Assembly (NCBI GenBank): GCA_036272235.1
Contig: DATAZF010000327.1
Coordinates: forward strand, 16,862-80,861
DNA length: 64,000 bases
Source: Bryobacteraceae bacterium
Lineage (GTDB): Bacteria > Acidobacteriota > Terriglobia > Bryobacterales > Bryobacteraceae
Direction of reading: 5' to 3'
The translations under genes and the position numbers were made by a program. The notes beneath the pieces are model-generated. The model searched no databases. It saw nothing but the letters and a program-made list of their open reading frames with translations, and had not been told where the DNA came from. Shown here in pieces: positions 63,287 to 64,000 of the stretch; the first letter of the stretch is position 1, and the number at the start of each line of letters is the position of its first letter.

Positions 63287-64000
63287 ATGCGACTACCGCT
63301 CTGTATGCTGGCATTAGCGATGTCTGCGTGGGCAGCAGACATTGATACCCCGCAGCCCATCGACACACCGACCGCCGCAGCAATCGATACGCCCGATCAG
63401 GCGGCTCAGGCCCCGGCGCCTGCGGATACGACAAAGCCAGCCGATGCCACACCTCCGGCCCCGCCGCCGAAGTTCAACGGATGGGTGTTCAGCGGATTAG
63501 CCGATGGTTATGTGACGGCGAACTGGAATCACCCGCAGCCGATCAACAACCAGTTGCAGAATTTCGATCTGAATTATGGCCAGGCGGAACTCAGTCTGAT
63601 CAAGTTCACGATTGACAAGTCAGACAAGATGATCGGTATCCACGTGGACACGGGCTTTGGCGAGACGATGCGCCAGATTCACGCGGCTGACGTCGCGGCC
63701 CAGGAGCATCAGGCCCTGCGCTATTTCGAGCAGATGTACCTGATATTCAAGCCCGCCAAACTGCATGGGACCGAGATCGACTTCGGGCAGTTCGTAACAT
63801 CCGCCGGTGCCGAAGTCATCGAGGCAAACGCAAACTGGAACTATACGCGTTCGCTGTTGTTCGCCCTGGCGATTCCGTATTACCACATGGGTTTCCGGGT
63901 AAATACGCCGATCACGAAGACATGGACGATGGGTGTCCAGATTGTGAACGCGTGGAACACGATGTGGGGCAACAACGACCTGAAAAACATCGGAATTACT
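63287..64000 (+). CDS. outer-membrane beta-barrel porin (OmpL-like/bbp2-type), 3' end beyond the window
   Basis: ATG 63287 follows AGGAGA. Signal MRLPLCMLALAMSAWA. GWVFSGLADGYVTANWNHP...NFDLNYGQAELSLIKF matches the N-terminal strands of this porin family. The frame is open to nt 64000. Confidence 0.7.
   Translation, partial: MRLPLCMLALAMSAWAADIDTPQPIDTPTAAAIDTPDQAAQAPAPADTTKPADATPPAPPPKFNGWVFSGLADGYVTANWNHPQPINNQLQNFDLNYGQAELSLIKFTIDKSDKMIGIHVDTGFGETMRQIHAADVAAQEHQALRYFEQMYLIFKPAKLHGTEIDFGQFVTSAGAEVIEANANWNYTRSLLFALAIPYYHMGFRVNTPITKTWTMGVQIVNAWNTMWGNNDLKNIGIT

Noticed and set aside
1-64000. Scan of all spacers longer than 150 bp for tRNA, rRNA, tmRNA/RNase P-like, CRISPR repeats, IS inverted repeats and integrases
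   Set aside because: No cloverleaf-compatible GTTCGAATC-type T-arms, no regularly spaced direct repeats, and no transposase or integrase translations were seen. This is a negative result by eye only and should be confirmed with tRNAscan/Infernal/ISfinder-type tools.

Overview
GC-rich bacterial chromosomal segment, possibly from an Acidobacteriota-like soil organism (inferred from gene content only). It is densely coding, with about 55 protein genes. By eye I found no rRNA, tRNA, CRISPR array, transposase or integrase. All family calls come from motifs read in the ORF translations, and start codons are approximate. Layout: (1) nt 1-24.7k is a surface-polysaccharide (EPS/O-antigen-like) locus. 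It carries five GT4 glycosyltransferases plus one GT-B-like glycosyltransferase, one GT2, a PIG-L deacetylase, a CelD/FemAB-like acyltransferase, an AsnB-type amidotransferase, FkbM and class-I methyltransferases and a hexapeptide acyltransferase. It also has a WecA/MraY-type transferase, two paralogous 'bacterial sugar transferase' genes, a collagen-like tail-fibre-like secreted protein and a ~1250-aa secreted protein. (2) 24.7-32.6k holds a SNF2 helicase-SWIM operon divergent from an orphan dnaE2, then an MBL-fold hydrolase. (3) thrS and rpoD follow. (4) 36.5-41.4k is a tight FadL-like / SGNH-like / unknown 684-aa secreted-protein operon. (5) 41.7-45.9k is an islet of small secreted proteins, two of them dirigent/AOC-barrel-like, plus a DinB protein. 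(6) A UbiB/ABC1 kinase follows. (7) 48-54k is a thioredoxin-like - CRTAC1 (FG-GAP + ASPIC/UnbV) - tandem paralogue cassette of unknown function. (8) Next come an SRPBCC protein, nrdR, and a five-gene ECF sigma / anti-sigma / B-box / small membrane protein / DUF4097 operon. (9) The window ends with a decayed PIN toxin gene, ridA-trxB, an SDR, glnA and a porin fragment. The best candidates for something undescribed are these four: (a) both monotopic phosphoglycosyl-transferase paralogues lack the catalytic Asp-Glu dyad and sit next to an intact WecA-like enzyme; (b) the redoxin-CRTAC1-tandem-paralogue cassette; (c) the FadL operon, whose SGNH-fold member has lost Ser, Asn and His; (d) the collagen/tail-fibre-like protein paired with a giant LamG-PKD protein inside the EPS locus.
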